A stretch of DNA of 64,000 bases from Octopus sinensis. Its lineage: Eukaryota. A program made the position numbers and the translations under genes. The notes below the pieces were generated by a model. It did no database searches and was not told the DNA's origin. It was given only the letters and a program-made list of their open reading frames with translations. Numbering within the stretch: the stretch's first letter is position 1; each line of letters begins with the position of its first letter. The DNA lies in assembly GCF_006345805.1 (NCBI RefSeq), contig NC_043006.1, positions 87,172,001 through 87,236,000 of the forward strand, given 5' to 3'. Positions 38,561 to 52,941 of the stretch are shown here, piece by piece.

Positions 38561-39423
38561 AAAATGAGGACTTTTCAAAAATAACCACAAGTGTAACAGG
38601 TAGAACTAGATACAAGTCTTACCTTGTGCAGACGTCCTCATATATATAGTTCTGCAAATTATATTTGTATGGAAGGCCACACTGAAGATCTACGGACAAG
38701 TTGCGTAAGTAAAATTACGTTAATAGTGAAACATGTATGTGAATAATCTATATTTTGTTACTTGTCATTTGTCTTCTGACTTATGTTCTGGTGTTTGCTT
38801 AATTTTTCTTGAGAACATTTTTAGGAATAAGACCATAGCAGATCTACTTCTAGCATAAGGATTGTCCACATAGTGGTCATCCCTCTCATATGTATATAAT
38901 ACAATTTACTGAACTTTCAGATTTTAATATGCTAGACCACTGGTGTTAAATTGATGTTAATTAAATTAATATCTAATTTCTCATCCTCACTTTAAATTTA
39001 TATATATATATATATGCACCAAATATATATACACACACACAAATACATACACACTTGACATACACATACATATATGGTATAAGGGAACATGACATATGCA
39101 CATCTTTATTTCTTTCTTGTTTTTTTTTCATTATTTCCTTTATATTATGATCATCCTTTGGATATCTGTCTACAATGTAATGCAGATTCATTATTTTCGC
39201 ACAAGTAGAGAGAGAGAAAGAAAGAATGAATGAGGATGTTTAGGTTAAAGAGAAAGTAAAAAGATATAATGAAAAGAAACTGAGAGAGAAAGAGAGAGAG
39301 AGAGAGAAGTGAAGTGAAAGAAATTGTATCACAGTAAGAAAGAACAGATAAAATAATGCATAATTTATAATCATGCAAGAGAAAAGTTGACCAAGAATAA
39401 AACAGAGTAAAAAAGAAACAGAA

Positions 39424-39473
<50 letters not shown>

Positions 39474-42390
39474 AGAGAGGTGTTGAAAAGTAAGGAAAGA
39501 TGTACTAGGAAATGTTAATAAGTAGGTAAGATAAAAGGAGAAAATGAGTGAGAAAGGAAGAGCAAAGGTATGTGATTAGTAATTAGAAAACAAAAGAGGA
39601 AAATGATGAGTGAGAGGGAGATAAAAAAAGAATAGAGAAAGAGAGAGAGAGAAAGGAATAGATAGAGAGAGAATATATAAATTGCCTCTTAGTTTCTGAT
39701 AAACTGAAGGTGAAAGAGTGAAGGGAAATAAAAGGTGGAAGTGAACTGAGAGTGTGACTGAGAGCAAATGAAAAGTGGGAGAAATCCTCTCAAAGACAAA
39801 ATCTCAAAACGCATGAACAAAATATATGCACTCACACAAGCTCATCATTCATCTGCCAATAACTGATGTTGGTCTTGTACAGAGTCTGTTCTGTGAATCT
39901 AAAATAGTCACAACTCAAAGTAAATACATATGCTGCTTCCCAATCTAACCATTAAAACATGACAGAACATAAAGAAGATAGCTCTGGGTGTATGTTGGCA
40001 GTGGAGAGGGGAAATGTAAGGAGGAGAAGTATAAAATGGACAAATATTGGCATTAATGGTTTCAGAAATTTTAATTTTATTCTCATAATATAAACAAATG
40101 TCTGGAAAAGATCTAAAACAAAACTCCAAATATATAAAAATGTAAAAAATGGAATGAATAATTATAGAATAAATGAAGCTAAATATATTTCCTGTGGTTA
40201 TTAGTGAACCAAATAAAAGGTATGACCGTTGACTACTTATAGAGGTAGATATATTGTTTGTGAACTTGTTTACCAGGAGTTCAAATGCAGATTGCATAAA
40301 TTGCATTAGCCCATGTCAACTCTGATTGAACAAACCTATGATCAGAAAGAATTCCAGCTAAGACACCCACCCCAACTGTTCTTTTTCTTTTTTGCTTTTG
40401 CTTTTTTTTAGGGGGAAACTTGGACTATAGTAGTGGACTACAAACCCACCCCAGTAGTTATTTTTAAAGTTTCTTATGCTGAACTGCTAAGTTATGGGGA
40501 TGTAAACAAACCAACTCTGGTTGTCAAATACTGTGAGGGGGACAAACACAAAGACACTCACACATAGATATATGCATGATGAGCTTCCACACAGTTTCCA
40601 TTTACCAAATTCACTTACAATGCATTTGTCAGTTCAAGACTATAAGAGACACTTGCTTTAAGGTACTGTGCAGTAGTACTGAACCCTAAACCATTTAGTT
40701 CCAAAGTGAGCTTCTTAACTATACAGCCATACCTGTGATTATAGACTGATTTCTACTGTGTGCTCTTTAGCAGTACAGTGATATGTATTGATCTTCAGAA
40801 TCTGATCTTTAACAGTGAGGTGATATATATACTGAAGAAGTTTTATGAAACAAAATAAATACATCAAAAGTACTTTGAATGCCTGCTGAAGCTGGAACTT
40901 TGACTCTAGCAACAGAACTGGGCCATAAAAATACAGAGAAAAACCCTATTAGTATGATATTGGAAGTTCAACATTTGGAGTTTATATAGGTGATAGAATG
41001 TTTATGTAATTATTGATGGCTAATGACAAATATGTATAAGTTTAGCTGATAAAGTGTATTGGTGGTGGCCCTAATCATGACAATAATAGGCATTTAGGAA
41101 GATCGTTGTTAGGATGTCTTGTGGAGGTTATTATAATGATTATTTTAATTTTCATAATAAGATGGCTGTTTTAGTGGCTAGGATGATGTTGAACCAAATG
41201 TTTTTGATGATATTAGCAGAAATAGGACTGGTGATATGGAACAGCGATATATCCCAACAGCAGTACTCATGATAATGGCACTGTTTGTATGGGTGATGGC
41301 GAAAAAATGAAAAAAAAATTGGTTCCAAATATTGGTTTCAGATTTTGGCACAAGGCCAGCAGTTTTAGTGGAGGAGGAAAGATGATTACATTGAGCCCAT
41401 TGCTGAAGTGGTACTTATTTTATCGATTCTGAAAAGAGGAAAGGTAGAGTCAGTCTTGGTAGAATTTGAACTCAGGATGTAAAAATGGACAAACTACTTC
41501 TAGTATTTTTCCTGGCATGCTCACGACTTTGCTAGCGATTTGGCATGCTAAAGATTTTGAATATTTGGAACCTTATTTGGTTCCAAATATTCAAACACAA
41601 ATATTTAAACTTGTAAATCATGGAGAAGCAAAAATAATGTTAAAACTTCAGAAAAATTATTTACTGCAGTTTTCAAAAATTTTATTTCAGATTGTGAATG
41701 TTTTCAAAGAAATATTGAGACATACTTGTTTTCCAAAGAATATTAACAACGAAAGGTGAAACAGTATAAACTAAAAATTCAAACCAGAATACAATCACTT
41801 TTGAGATCTTACAACAGCAATATGATGTATCATCATCAACATCATTATTTTTGTTTCCACTTTTTCAGACAAAATTTACTGAGGCAGATTTTCTTCAGCC
41901 AAATGGACTCCATGTTGCCAACCCTCACCTGTTTCCAAGCTTGGTAATATTTCCCCTTCGCTTTACAACTTTAAACAGAAGATTGAAAATGAAGGACACT
42001 ACTTGTATGACAATGGCACTCACTTACAACTGTTGTTTTATGTCAATACAAGAAGACACACAGAAACACCTACATACATGCATGTACATATGCAAACACT
42101 CACTCACACACGATGGTCTTCTTTCAGTTTCTGTTTATCAAAGACACAAGGCTTTAGTCGGTTTGAGGTTAGAATAGAAGGCACTTCTAAAAGTTGCCAC
42201 CCAGTAGGATTGAATATGAACCCATGCTGTTGAGAAGCAAACTTCTGAACTACACAGCTATGTCTAAAACTTTAATATGTATAAAAGAAGATAACAACAA
42301 AACTAGATCTATGGAAATAAAAAAAAATGACAAGGTGTGGATTCTTGAGATACTGAGCAGATGAACAGACACCAAATCACGAAATGGGGT

Positions 42391-42437
<47 letters not shown>

Positions 42438-42872
42438 AATAACAACAGATATAGCTGACAAAACATTTTGTTGTTGCAGCTGTTGTTTTCCTCAATAATA
42501 CATCACAAATTTGTTCCAACCAAGAAACATTATCTTCCTTCCATTAAAATCATTAGCATAACTTTTAACCTTATGAATAAAATATCCTGTATATGTGTAA
42601 GTCCACTTTTCATTGGTCACAGTTTGAAATCTGATAGCAGAAACTAAGTCAGTAGGTGTAACTTAACACCAGCCAAGATAATATACTCAAATAAGTTTGT
42701 TTTTCTCCATTAAATTTCAAAATTTCCTAGTATACAACTGTAGCTACACTGGCACAAGACTTAAATCTGAGGTTTCATGTAAACAGTTCAAAACATTCCA
42801 GTTATATTGACATGTCAACTGAATTATGAAGTAGAATTATTGCATTTAACTATAGTAGTTTATATATATATA

Positions 42873-44048
42873 TAGGGGTTGGGAAAATAATGGAAACACC
42901 TAGCATCATAGCATCATAATTTTGAAATATCTATAAAACCATCAAAAGCTTGTTTATTTTATTTATTTTTTTTTATTTATCATTAGTGTTGCTTAATATG
43001 ATTTGCTAAAATTGCTGTTTCTTTTCAGATATCATCAGAAAAAGGTAATTAAAATTCATTAAAATGACAGATCTATCAGACTTTCAAAGAGGTCAAACTG
43101 TTGGTGCTCGTATGGCAGATACTAGCGTAATTAAAACAGCCAAAATATTTGATATATCAAGAAGTATTGTCTCAGAAAACCTCCTCATCAAAAAAAACTC
43201 AAGAAAACCAAAACTTTCAGATAGGGACTTTTGGACTCTTACGCGAATTGTTAGAAAGGATCACAAAAGTACAGCTCTCAAAATTACTGCAGAACTTACT
43301 AACCACCTCAAGAACCCAGTTTCCACAAAAACTGTTCACCAGGAGCTGCACAAAGCCAGATTTTATGGAAGGGCTGCAATCAGAAAATTACTACTTTCAA
43401 AAACAAACGTTGCAAAGCGTTTAGAGTGAAGTAAAAACCTACAGAATTGGTCCCTAGAGCAGTGGAAGAATGTTATTTTCTCAAACAAGTCATGCTTTAC
43501 ATATTTTCAGCCACCAGCTGAGTATACGTGTGGAGACAGCCAAAAGAAACATTTGACCCAGACTGCCTTCTTCCGACTGTTAATCATGGAGGAGGATCTG
43601 TGATGATCTGGGGGACTGACTATACCTTGGAAATCCCCCAGCCCAATCGTTTGCAGAACTGTTTCTGGAAGGAAAGGCAATCTTTCAGGATGATAATGCA
43701 CCACTTCACAAGCTAAAGTGGTTACTGAATGGCAAGAGGAAAATTCTAGTGAAGCTGAATATCTTATCTGGCCACCACAGTCCCCAGATCTCAATATTAT
43801 TGAACATTTCTGGTGCAGTTTAGAAAAACAAGTAAGGAGTCAATATCCTCCACCATCATCACTACAAGAACTGGAGACTGTTTTAGCTGAAGAATGGACA
43901 AAAATTCCTTTGGAAACAATTCAAACTTTGTATGAGTACATACCTCATAGAATTCAAGCTGTAATTACTACCAAAGGTGGTCCTACACCATATTAAAATA
44001 AATTTGTTTGAAATTTTAAGGTGTTTCCATTATTTTGTCCATCCCCTG
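42873..44048 (+). mobile_element. Tc1-like (DD34E) transposon, inactive
   Basis: TIRs AGGGGTTGGGAAAATAATGGAAACACCT / AGGTGTTTCCATTATTTTGTCCATCCCCT; frameshifted ORFs DLSDFQRGQTVG, HGGGSVMIWG and WPPQSPDLNIIEHFW. Confidence 0.92.
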
Positions 44049-46436
44049 AATATATACATATATATATATATTTTTTTAAATATCATACTAGAGTTTTATT
44101 ATTTGGTGAGTGCAAACAGGTTTTGACACAGGTTTTTATTTATATATTTTTAATAATACTGTGATATCTTTTCAGTGCTGTACTTTCTTTCATGTCTTTT
44201 TCCTCTAATTAAAACTCATTCAAAATTAGACTAAAATATAAATTTAAAAACTTTTCTGTCCACTGGATTTTTTTTTATCCAACATGCAGTGTTGTCTAAA
44301 ATATACACTCTGACATTAAATAGAAATTTCCATTATCACAAATAAAATTAGTTTCAAGGTGGGGTAAGACATTACAGCAAATTCTTTTAAATCTTTCCTT
44401 TAATTTGTTTATTTTGAACCAAAGTAATTCTAGGTGTTGGGATTTAACTGTCTTTTAAAAATCTTACGTATGATCACAAAGTTCTCTGCATTAATCAAAC
44501 CAGACATTTGATATGTAATAAGAAGGAGTTTGCTTGCTTGCATTACTTAAACCAGACGTTGAGATATAATATCATTCAATACCTTTTGAGGTATACAGTT
44601 TCTATTATTATTGCTTGGTACAATGCTGCAATTTTTATTCAAGTAGATTACACTCTTAAATATACTGTGACCCCCTACATTTTCTATTTTTAACGCAGTA
44701 AATATGTTATCTTCTTACATAATGCAATCCCCAGGTGCAGCAATTGTTACTCATAATTTCTAAGAAAGCAACATAAGATCGAAATTTTAAAACACAAAAT
44801 CTAAAACTGACTCTAGCATAATTTCTCCTTCACTCAGTATATTTTGTTTAAATACTTTTAAGTACAGTCACAAGTACAGGTTTACAAAAAAAAAATAAAA
44901 GAGATATTGTTTTTAGAATGAGTTTATCTCTTAAAATCATTGTAGCCTAACTCATCAATTGATTTTTAAAGTAATTCTAGCAATTCTCTTTGATTTAGTT
45001 TTACTCTGCTTGTAACTTTCTCTTCAGTGTCATTACACTAAATCCATGTTTTACCTTCCATTCACTTAACCAATTCTTTTTGCCAATTTTGGATAGTAAG
45101 CCTGCTTTCTCTTCAGAGATTCCCTTCTACTTAATATTTCTTGCAGTTAGACTTATTTTTTTGCCCATAACTCAACACTGTTCTCAATAACAATAAATTT
45201 CCTACAAGCTGCACAGTTGAGCTCATTTTCAGTAAATTCTATGACTTCAAGTTTAAATGTTACACTCTAAGCAAAACAACTAAGAAGTTTTCCACCACCA
45301 GCACACATTGATAATGTAATTTTCACATTTAAAATTGTAATCATTCAAATCAAATAATCACTTTTAAACAGTATAGTGTATAACCATGCACCACTAGCAA
45401 GCAGACACGACTTAAAACTGCCATTAAGCGTCTTTGCTATAAATATAGTGTTATGTAATAAAGTGTTGTTAGATGTCACAAGGCTACTGTCTTTGCTATC
45501 TTCATTTCCACAGCTATGCAGTTGTATTTGTGTCTTTTTTTACATTCCAGTATAATACTATGCCAAAATTTTGGCTCTACTATTTTATCCTATATCTAAT
45601 TTGTTCTTGAGTAAATTCATTAAGTACTTGCTACTGTTATACAACAGAAACAAAGTTATTGTTGCTTTTAGTCGAAATTTTCCCTAATTAAACAGATATA
45701 TGATTGAAGGTATTTCAGATATGACCATCCCATCAACTCTTAGGCACAGGGTAACCTAAACATTATCTAATGTGTCCTTTCATGTTTTTGAATATGGTTA
45801 GGTGCTACTTGAGGGAAAGTGGCTGCTATTGTTAGTAGGTGAGAGAGAGAGATAGACTGAAACAGACAGACAGACAGAGAGGTTTCTTTATTTTTATCAA
45901 ACAATGAAGTTCCAAAAAATAGTGGAGCTGAGATTTAATTTTGCTCAAATTATCTTTTGATGGATTTTTAGTGAAGATATAAAGCAACCAAGAATAGTTC
46001 ACTTTACTCACAAGCAAAGGCATCAAGAACTGAGTACCATGTGATTCTGTTATTGTAAGTTAGGTAGTTACAAGACTATAAATGTAAAGGCCTTGGTGGT
46101 GAGTGGTTTATTGTTAAGATCTTACAGAAAAGAACATGACACTTCAATAAATAATTAATATGTCTAAAACATTGTAACAAAACTAGATAAATGAAAATTT
46201 TTGAAAAAGTGACAGGATTTGAATTTAAGAGATACTGAGCAGATAGTTATGTTTGATAAACTGACATCAAATGGAAAAAGAGAGAGAACTAATACAACAT
46301 ACAGTACTGACAAAATTTGTTGATGCAGCTGCTGTCTTCTTGATAAAATCTCACAAATTTGTTCAAGTCAAGAAACACTACCTTCTTTCCATTAGAATCA
46401 TCAGCATAGTGTTTAACCCTATGAATAAAATATCCC

Positions 46437-46497
<61 letters not shown>

Positions 46498-46569
46498 CTT
46501 CTCTACATGTGTGTAAGCCTTCTTTTTATTGGTCACAGGTTGAAATTTGATAACAGAAACTTTGTAACT

Positions 46570-46930
46570 GAATGTGACATTTTTCTTTTACTTGCTGCAT
46601 CTAAAGGGATGGACAGAGACTGTTACCTTTGCTGGCCCTCTGAGACAGATGATACTGAAGCTGATAATGTTCTGTTTAAGATATTGCAGTTGAACACCTA
46701 CAGGACAGATGTAAGCAAGGAGGAGCTTCCAGGGAGCAAATACTCTAAGGAAGAAGGATTGAGTACAGTGGTTAGTACAATGAAACGGAGGTTGAATGCA
46801 ACAAAAATGATGAGAGGTGGAGAGACAAATATATTGGAGATGCCCAATTGGTGGAGGTACAGGACTGCAAAGAACAGAAGCCATTTCAGTAAGTGATGGA
46901 ATGCCCAGTTAGATGAGGTGCCCTTCTCTG
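46570..46930 (-). mobile_element. L2/CR1-like LINE 3' fragment
   Basis: QSFFLRVFAPWKLLLAYICP...LQYLKQNI resembles the LINE C-terminal SFFPRxxxLWNxLP motif; the segment is absent from the paralogous duplicate. Confidence 0.55.
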
Positions 46931-48668
46931 GAAATAGTCCACAATGTCAACATGTGTTGCATAATAGCAAGTATTATAAGGTACTCAAATGAATTATTTT
47001 CAATAAATTTTGAAATTTCTTAATGTGCAACTATAACTATGTAAGTTGTGATGACATTAAACTTGAAACTGAAGAAACTGAGATTTTATGTAAACAGTTC
47101 AAAATATGCTAGTTACATTGAGACATCAACTGAATTATTTGGTTAAACTATTTCATCTCTTATCCATAATAGCTTTATTATATATATATTTATTTTTAAA
47201 TATCACATATGAATTTTATTACTTTGCAAGTGTAAACAGGTTTTGACACAGGTTTTTATTTATATATTTTTAATACTGTGATATCTTTTCAGTACTATAC
47301 TTGCTTTCACGTCTTATTCCTCTAATTAAAACTCATTCAAAATTAGACTAAAATATTATTTCAAAAAAAAAAAATTTGTTTTACTGTAATGTATTTTTAA
47401 ATTATTATTTATCTTGTTTTCAACATGCAGTTTTATCTGAAATATACACTTGCAGAGAAGTTTCTGTAATCTGAAAGGAAATCAAATTCAAAGGAGGAAA
47501 ATATATATATTTTTTAAATCCCTGATGTAATTTTTTAATTAAATTCATGAACTAAGGTATCCCTAGGTTTTGAGATCCTACCACATTTTAAGGTTACATT
47601 TAAAGCAAATAAATATTCTTTCTTTTACTTAAACTAGATGCTGCATTATGTAATATATTATGATGAGTGAGTTCTTTTGCTTACTTAAACTAACATTCAG
47701 TAAATAAACTCTCAATATGCACAGTTTATGTTATCATCACTTCTTAACCCCAATGTGGTACTTATTGCTAGCATATAATATAAAAAAATGTTGTTCTTCT
47801 TTTGCTGATAATATACAAAACTGATTATAATACACAAGTTTCTTGTCCCTTTTAGGTCAATACCATGTATTGCTGCTCTGCTATTTCTGTTTGCTTTTTA
47901 AGAAGTATTACAGAATCAATCAATTATTAACCAACCTTCCAAGGTGTAGTTTGAAATTTATTAGCTTCAATCTTTATTATAATGAAATTTGAAGATTATC
48001 TATACATGCCACACTAAGTCACCATAGGCAGTGAAAACAAAGCTGTTAAATCTCCGACTTAATAACTCTACAGCACATTCCATTCTAATGCAGAGGTGGA
48101 TAAAAATAATAGATTGCAATTTATTTAATCAATGGGAAAGCAAAATTTCTTTTCTATGATTAAAAAGATTAAATCTCTGGATTGCAAAACTTTCTAACAA
48201 ATATGTACCGTCTTACAATAAATTATCACTCTATTTATTCTAACATATCTAAGCCATCAACATTTTCATGGCTCCTCAGACTATAGAATAATAGACTACG
48301 ACTTACTTCTTGAAAATCTCAGCTTGCTTACTGAATGAATCATTAAGTCACCATCACAGCACAGTGTATCAAGCTAAAATACTCATCTCTTAATATTCCA
48401 GTTTATGTAGCAACAAATACATGTAGGTCTGTGTATTTAAGCAATTACTTTGCAACCATGTGATTCCAGATTTAATCTCACTGTGGGATAACGTGTATAA
48501 GTGTCTTATATGATAGTCTTGGATTGATCATTATCCTATACCTTATGACAAGAATTTGGCAGATAGAAACAGCCAGATCCCATTGTGTGTGTTTGTGTGT
48601 ATAAAATTATCATCCCCCTCCTTATCATTTTTCCCTCCACTTTAGATAGTGGTATGGGTTCCTTTATC

Positions 48669-49060
48669 TTTTACTTGTTTTAGTCATTGGACTACAGCCA
48701 TGCTGTTGCACCACCTTGAAGAATTTTTGGTCAAATGAGTCGACCCCAGTAATTATTTTCCGTTTTTTCAAGCCTGGTACTTATTCTATTGGAGTCATTT
48801 ACTGAACCACTAAGATACAGGGACATAAACACACTAACAACGGTGTCAAACAGTGGTGGGTAACAAACCAAGGCACAAAGATTCACACACATGTACGCAC
48901 ATACACAGCTAGCTTCTTTCAGTTTCCATCTACCAAATCCACTCACAAAGCTTTGGTAAGCCAGAGGCTATAGTAGAAGACACTTGCCCAAGGTGCTATG
49001 CAGTGGGCCTGAACCTAGAATGACATGGTTGGGAGGCAAGCTACTTACCACACAGCCATG
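48669..49060 (-). mobile_element. SINE family A
   Basis: Homologous to 22165-22580. Confidence 0.8.
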
Positions 49061-49993
49061 GGGGTCAAAGAGCCATGTTTTACTCCAGTGTCACAGTTTT
49101 GGCATATTTTCTATGAATGGATACCCTTCCTAACACCAACCACTTTACAAAGAAATACTGGGTGCTTTTTCATGGCACCAGCACCAGAGAGGTCACCTTG
49201 TAACTTGCATGACTCAAGAGCCCCTTAACTGAGAGGGAGGACAGAAGATAGAGTGGTTTCTTTATATAAGGTACTGAAATGAGGATATATGTTGGGAAGA
49301 GTATAGTTGGATTTATTAGCACTTCACACTTTACACAGAGGACTGGAATAGTACCGCAAACATAGGTAAATATGGAGGGGATGAGGAAGCAAAACATTCC
49401 CTTTAGTCCCAGAAGATAAATAACAGATAAAGAAAACATGGAAAAAGAGAATCATCATCCTTGGATAAGGTTATAATTGTGTGGGGAGAGACATTGGGCA
49501 GAGGTGGATGGAGGTGTACAGGAGAGGGGAATGTAATGAATGGCTAATAAAGTTAGGATAGATCAATGGTAAATATAAGTGGATATATGATAAGTATGAT
49601 GAACAGAGGAACAGAGGAAACTGGGAGTAATTCAGAGTGGACATGGTGACTGGCAGTGCCGAAACAGCGAGTTGGTTATTTATAGAAGCAAACTAATGCA
49701 ATAGTTAAATGAATGATGAAAAGATGAGTGACAGAGAGATGAGAGGTGAGGCTTAAGTTGGCAAGAGCTAGAGATCTATCTATCTAAATGTGCGTGTGTG
49801 TGTGTGTTAATGGAAGCATTTATTACAATCACAGATAATGCTACCAATTAGTTATTGTCAATATTAGTGAATCCCAAGCATACTCAGAATATTGTTATAT
49901 TCTCTGCTTAATGTTATCAGCCAATTAATGTTATCTTAAAAGCATCTGTTGCAAAGGACCCAATAAGTGACTTCCAATGTGCGTATGTGTGTG

Positions 49994-50034
<41 letters not shown>

Positions 50035-50205
50035 TTTGATTTGAAAACCCCACTAGAATGGGAGAAATCACTAATATATGATCTAAGTTATATGATGTAT
50101 AAAAACATGAAATATACAAATAAATATCTGTAAATATAAAACCATCCGAATTTCTGAGTACCTCATTTCTTCTTATATAAAATACATGTACATCATCTTC
50201 AACCT

Positions 50206-50242
<37 letters not shown>

Positions 50243-50827
50243 TATCTTACCTTGGTTGTTACAGAGAAGGATCTAAACATAAGCTGAAAATCTGAAAACA
50301 AAAAGAATTCTTTCCAAATGAAGTCATTTCAGATATTTCCTCTACACTGAGTTACTAACACTCCCTTGCCAGTGTTGCTATCAGAAATATCATGAACCAG
50401 CACTTCACCCATTGGAAACTTGTAACTCATGACATGATTTTTATTGTGGCATAAAATGATTTTAAAATAATAAAAAATAACATAGATGCATGCTGAGAAT
50501 GTGTATCTGTGTGTATATGTGTCTGTACATAATTGTTGTTCTTCTATGTGTCATTGTTAGAGTAAGAGTGAGGGTACCATGTTTTACATTCCTTGGAGAA
50601 AATACATTGTCATTTTTGCTCTTTTGAGGATAAGTGGAATAGAATTATTATACTTGAAAGAAAAGTAAGGGCTGGTGATATGAAGAGCATCCAGCATCAA
50701 CATAATCTGCATCCAGTAAAACAGTTTCAAAAAGGAATGAACGTACACGTCTGTGTACACACACACACACACACACACACACACCACACACACACACACA
50801 CACAAATTAATGTTTGTTTTTATGTTC

Positions 50828-51100
50828 ATCATCATCATCATCATCATTTAGCGTCCGTTTTCCATGCTAGCATGGTATGGACGATTCAACTGGGGTCTGG
50901 GAAGCCAGAAGGCTGCACCAGGCCCAGTCTGATCTGGCAATGTTTCTACGGCTGGATGCCCTTCCTAATGCCAACCACTCCATGAGTGTAGTGGGTGCAT
51001 TTTACGTGCCACTGGCACAGGTGCCAGACGGTGCTGGCAAACGGCTACGATCGGATGGTGCTTTTTACGTGCTACCGGCACGGAGGCCAGTCGGGGCGGC
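50828..51100 (-). mobile_element. Family B element 3' part
   Basis: (CAT)n tail and body homologous to 7575-8027. Confidence 0.8.
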
Positions 51101-52009
51101 GCTAAACAATTTTACTTAATTCTGTGGGTAGCTCTATACTTTAATAGAATACAGATTTACTACTCTTATACAAGAATGTTGTTGACAGTGATTCGATCAA
51201 TGTTTCAGTCAGCTAAGCTGTTGTGGGACAGCAGTCCGATGATGGTTTAGCTGGCTGTAACTTCAAAAGTCACTGTTAGCAACATTCTTGAATAAGAGTA
51301 ATATATATATAAAGGAAATGAGAGGTATTAGTGTCAAGAAGACCCAGAGCTGAGTCAGTGCTGTGGACAGACTATAGTTAAGCTCCAGGTTCAATAATAA
51401 TATGAATGAGGAGTCCAACGCATGCATATATAAAGAAATTAACAGAATGAGATAAAAAATCCAAGGCAGTGAATAGTTTTCAGAACATTTATAAAGAGGT
51501 CTTACAGCTGTTTCCAGGATATTTTATATATCCCTTCATCAGAGATAGTGTGAGAAAATGTTTAAGTAATAGTTATTATAGAGAAGATATGAAATACAGA
51601 GTAAAGGGGAGGAATGAACACAGACGTAAGACATGTAAGGATATTGTATCAGCAGTTCCATTATTTAAGCAGAATGGTGTATATATATATATAAGTTTCC
51701 TCTACCTTGTGTGTGAGTTCCAAAGTTATATATACACATTATATATACACATATATAATGTGTATATTTATACAACTTATATATACATATTTCTGCTTAA
51801 ATAATGGAACTTCAGATACAATATCCTTACGTATCTCATGTCTGTTTTCATTCCTCTACTTTGTATTTCATACCTTCTCTATAATAACTATTATTTCTTG
51901 AACATTTTCTCGCACTGTCTATGATGAAGGGAAATCCTTCTCTTTATAAATGTTCTGAAAACTATTCACAGCCTTAGATTTTTTATCTCATTCACTTAAT
52001 TTTTATGTA

Positions 52010-52036
52010 TATACATATACATACATACAGCCATAC

Positions 52037-52097
<61 letters not shown>

Positions 52098-52230
52098 CAT
52101 ACATATATATATATATATACATACATACATATATATATATACATATATACATATGTATATATATATATACATACATATATACATACATATATATATATAC
52201 ATATAAACATATATATACATATATATATAC

Positions 52231-52277
<47 letters not shown>

Positions 52278-52398
52278 ATATTATATACATACATATATAC
52301 ATATATACATATATACATATATATATATATACATACATATATGTATACATAAATATATAAATATACATACATATATACATATATACATACATATATGC

Positions 52399-52440
<42 letters not shown>

Positions 52441-52480
52441 GCATACATATATACATAAATATATATATATATGTGTGTGT
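52010..52480. repeat. (TA)n/(TACA)n microsatellite
   Basis: Direct reading. Confidence 0.97.
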
Positions 52481-52483
52481 GAC

Positions 52484-52790
52484 GGTGTGTGGCTTAGTGG
52501 TTAAGGGCATTCAGCTCATGATCATGAGTTCAATTCCCGGCAGCGTGTTGTGTCCTTGAGCAAGACAATTTATTTCACATTGCTCCAGTGCACTCAGCTG
52601 GCAAAAATGAGTAGTGCCTGTATTTCAAAGGGCCAGCCTTGTCACGCTGTGTCATGTTGAATCGGCCCGAGAACTACATGAAGGGTACATGTGTTTATGG
52701 AGTGCTCAGCCACTTGCACGTTAATTTCATGAGCAAGCTATTCTGTTGATCGTATCAGCTAGGACCCTCGTCGTTGCAACTGAAGGAGTG
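52484..52790 (+). mobile_element. tRNA-derived SINE, family E
   Basis: GTGGCTTAGTGGTTAAG...GAGTTCAATTCCC head and TTGAGCAAG domain; minus-strand copy at about 61700-62010. Confidence 0.75.
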
Positions 52791-52906
52791 CTCCTATCAT
52801 CATCATCATCATCATCGTTTAACAGCCATTTTCCATGCTAGCATGAGTTGGATGGTTCGACCGGGGTCTGTGAAGCCAGGAAGCTGCACCAGGCTCCAGT
52901 CTGATC

Positions 52907-52941
<35 letters not shown>

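Noticed and set aside
43064-43996. Functional Tc1 transposase
   Set aside because: Split over several frames with internal stops and deletions.
46507-46896. 129-aa plus-strand ORF
   Set aside because: Antisense of a LINE fragment.
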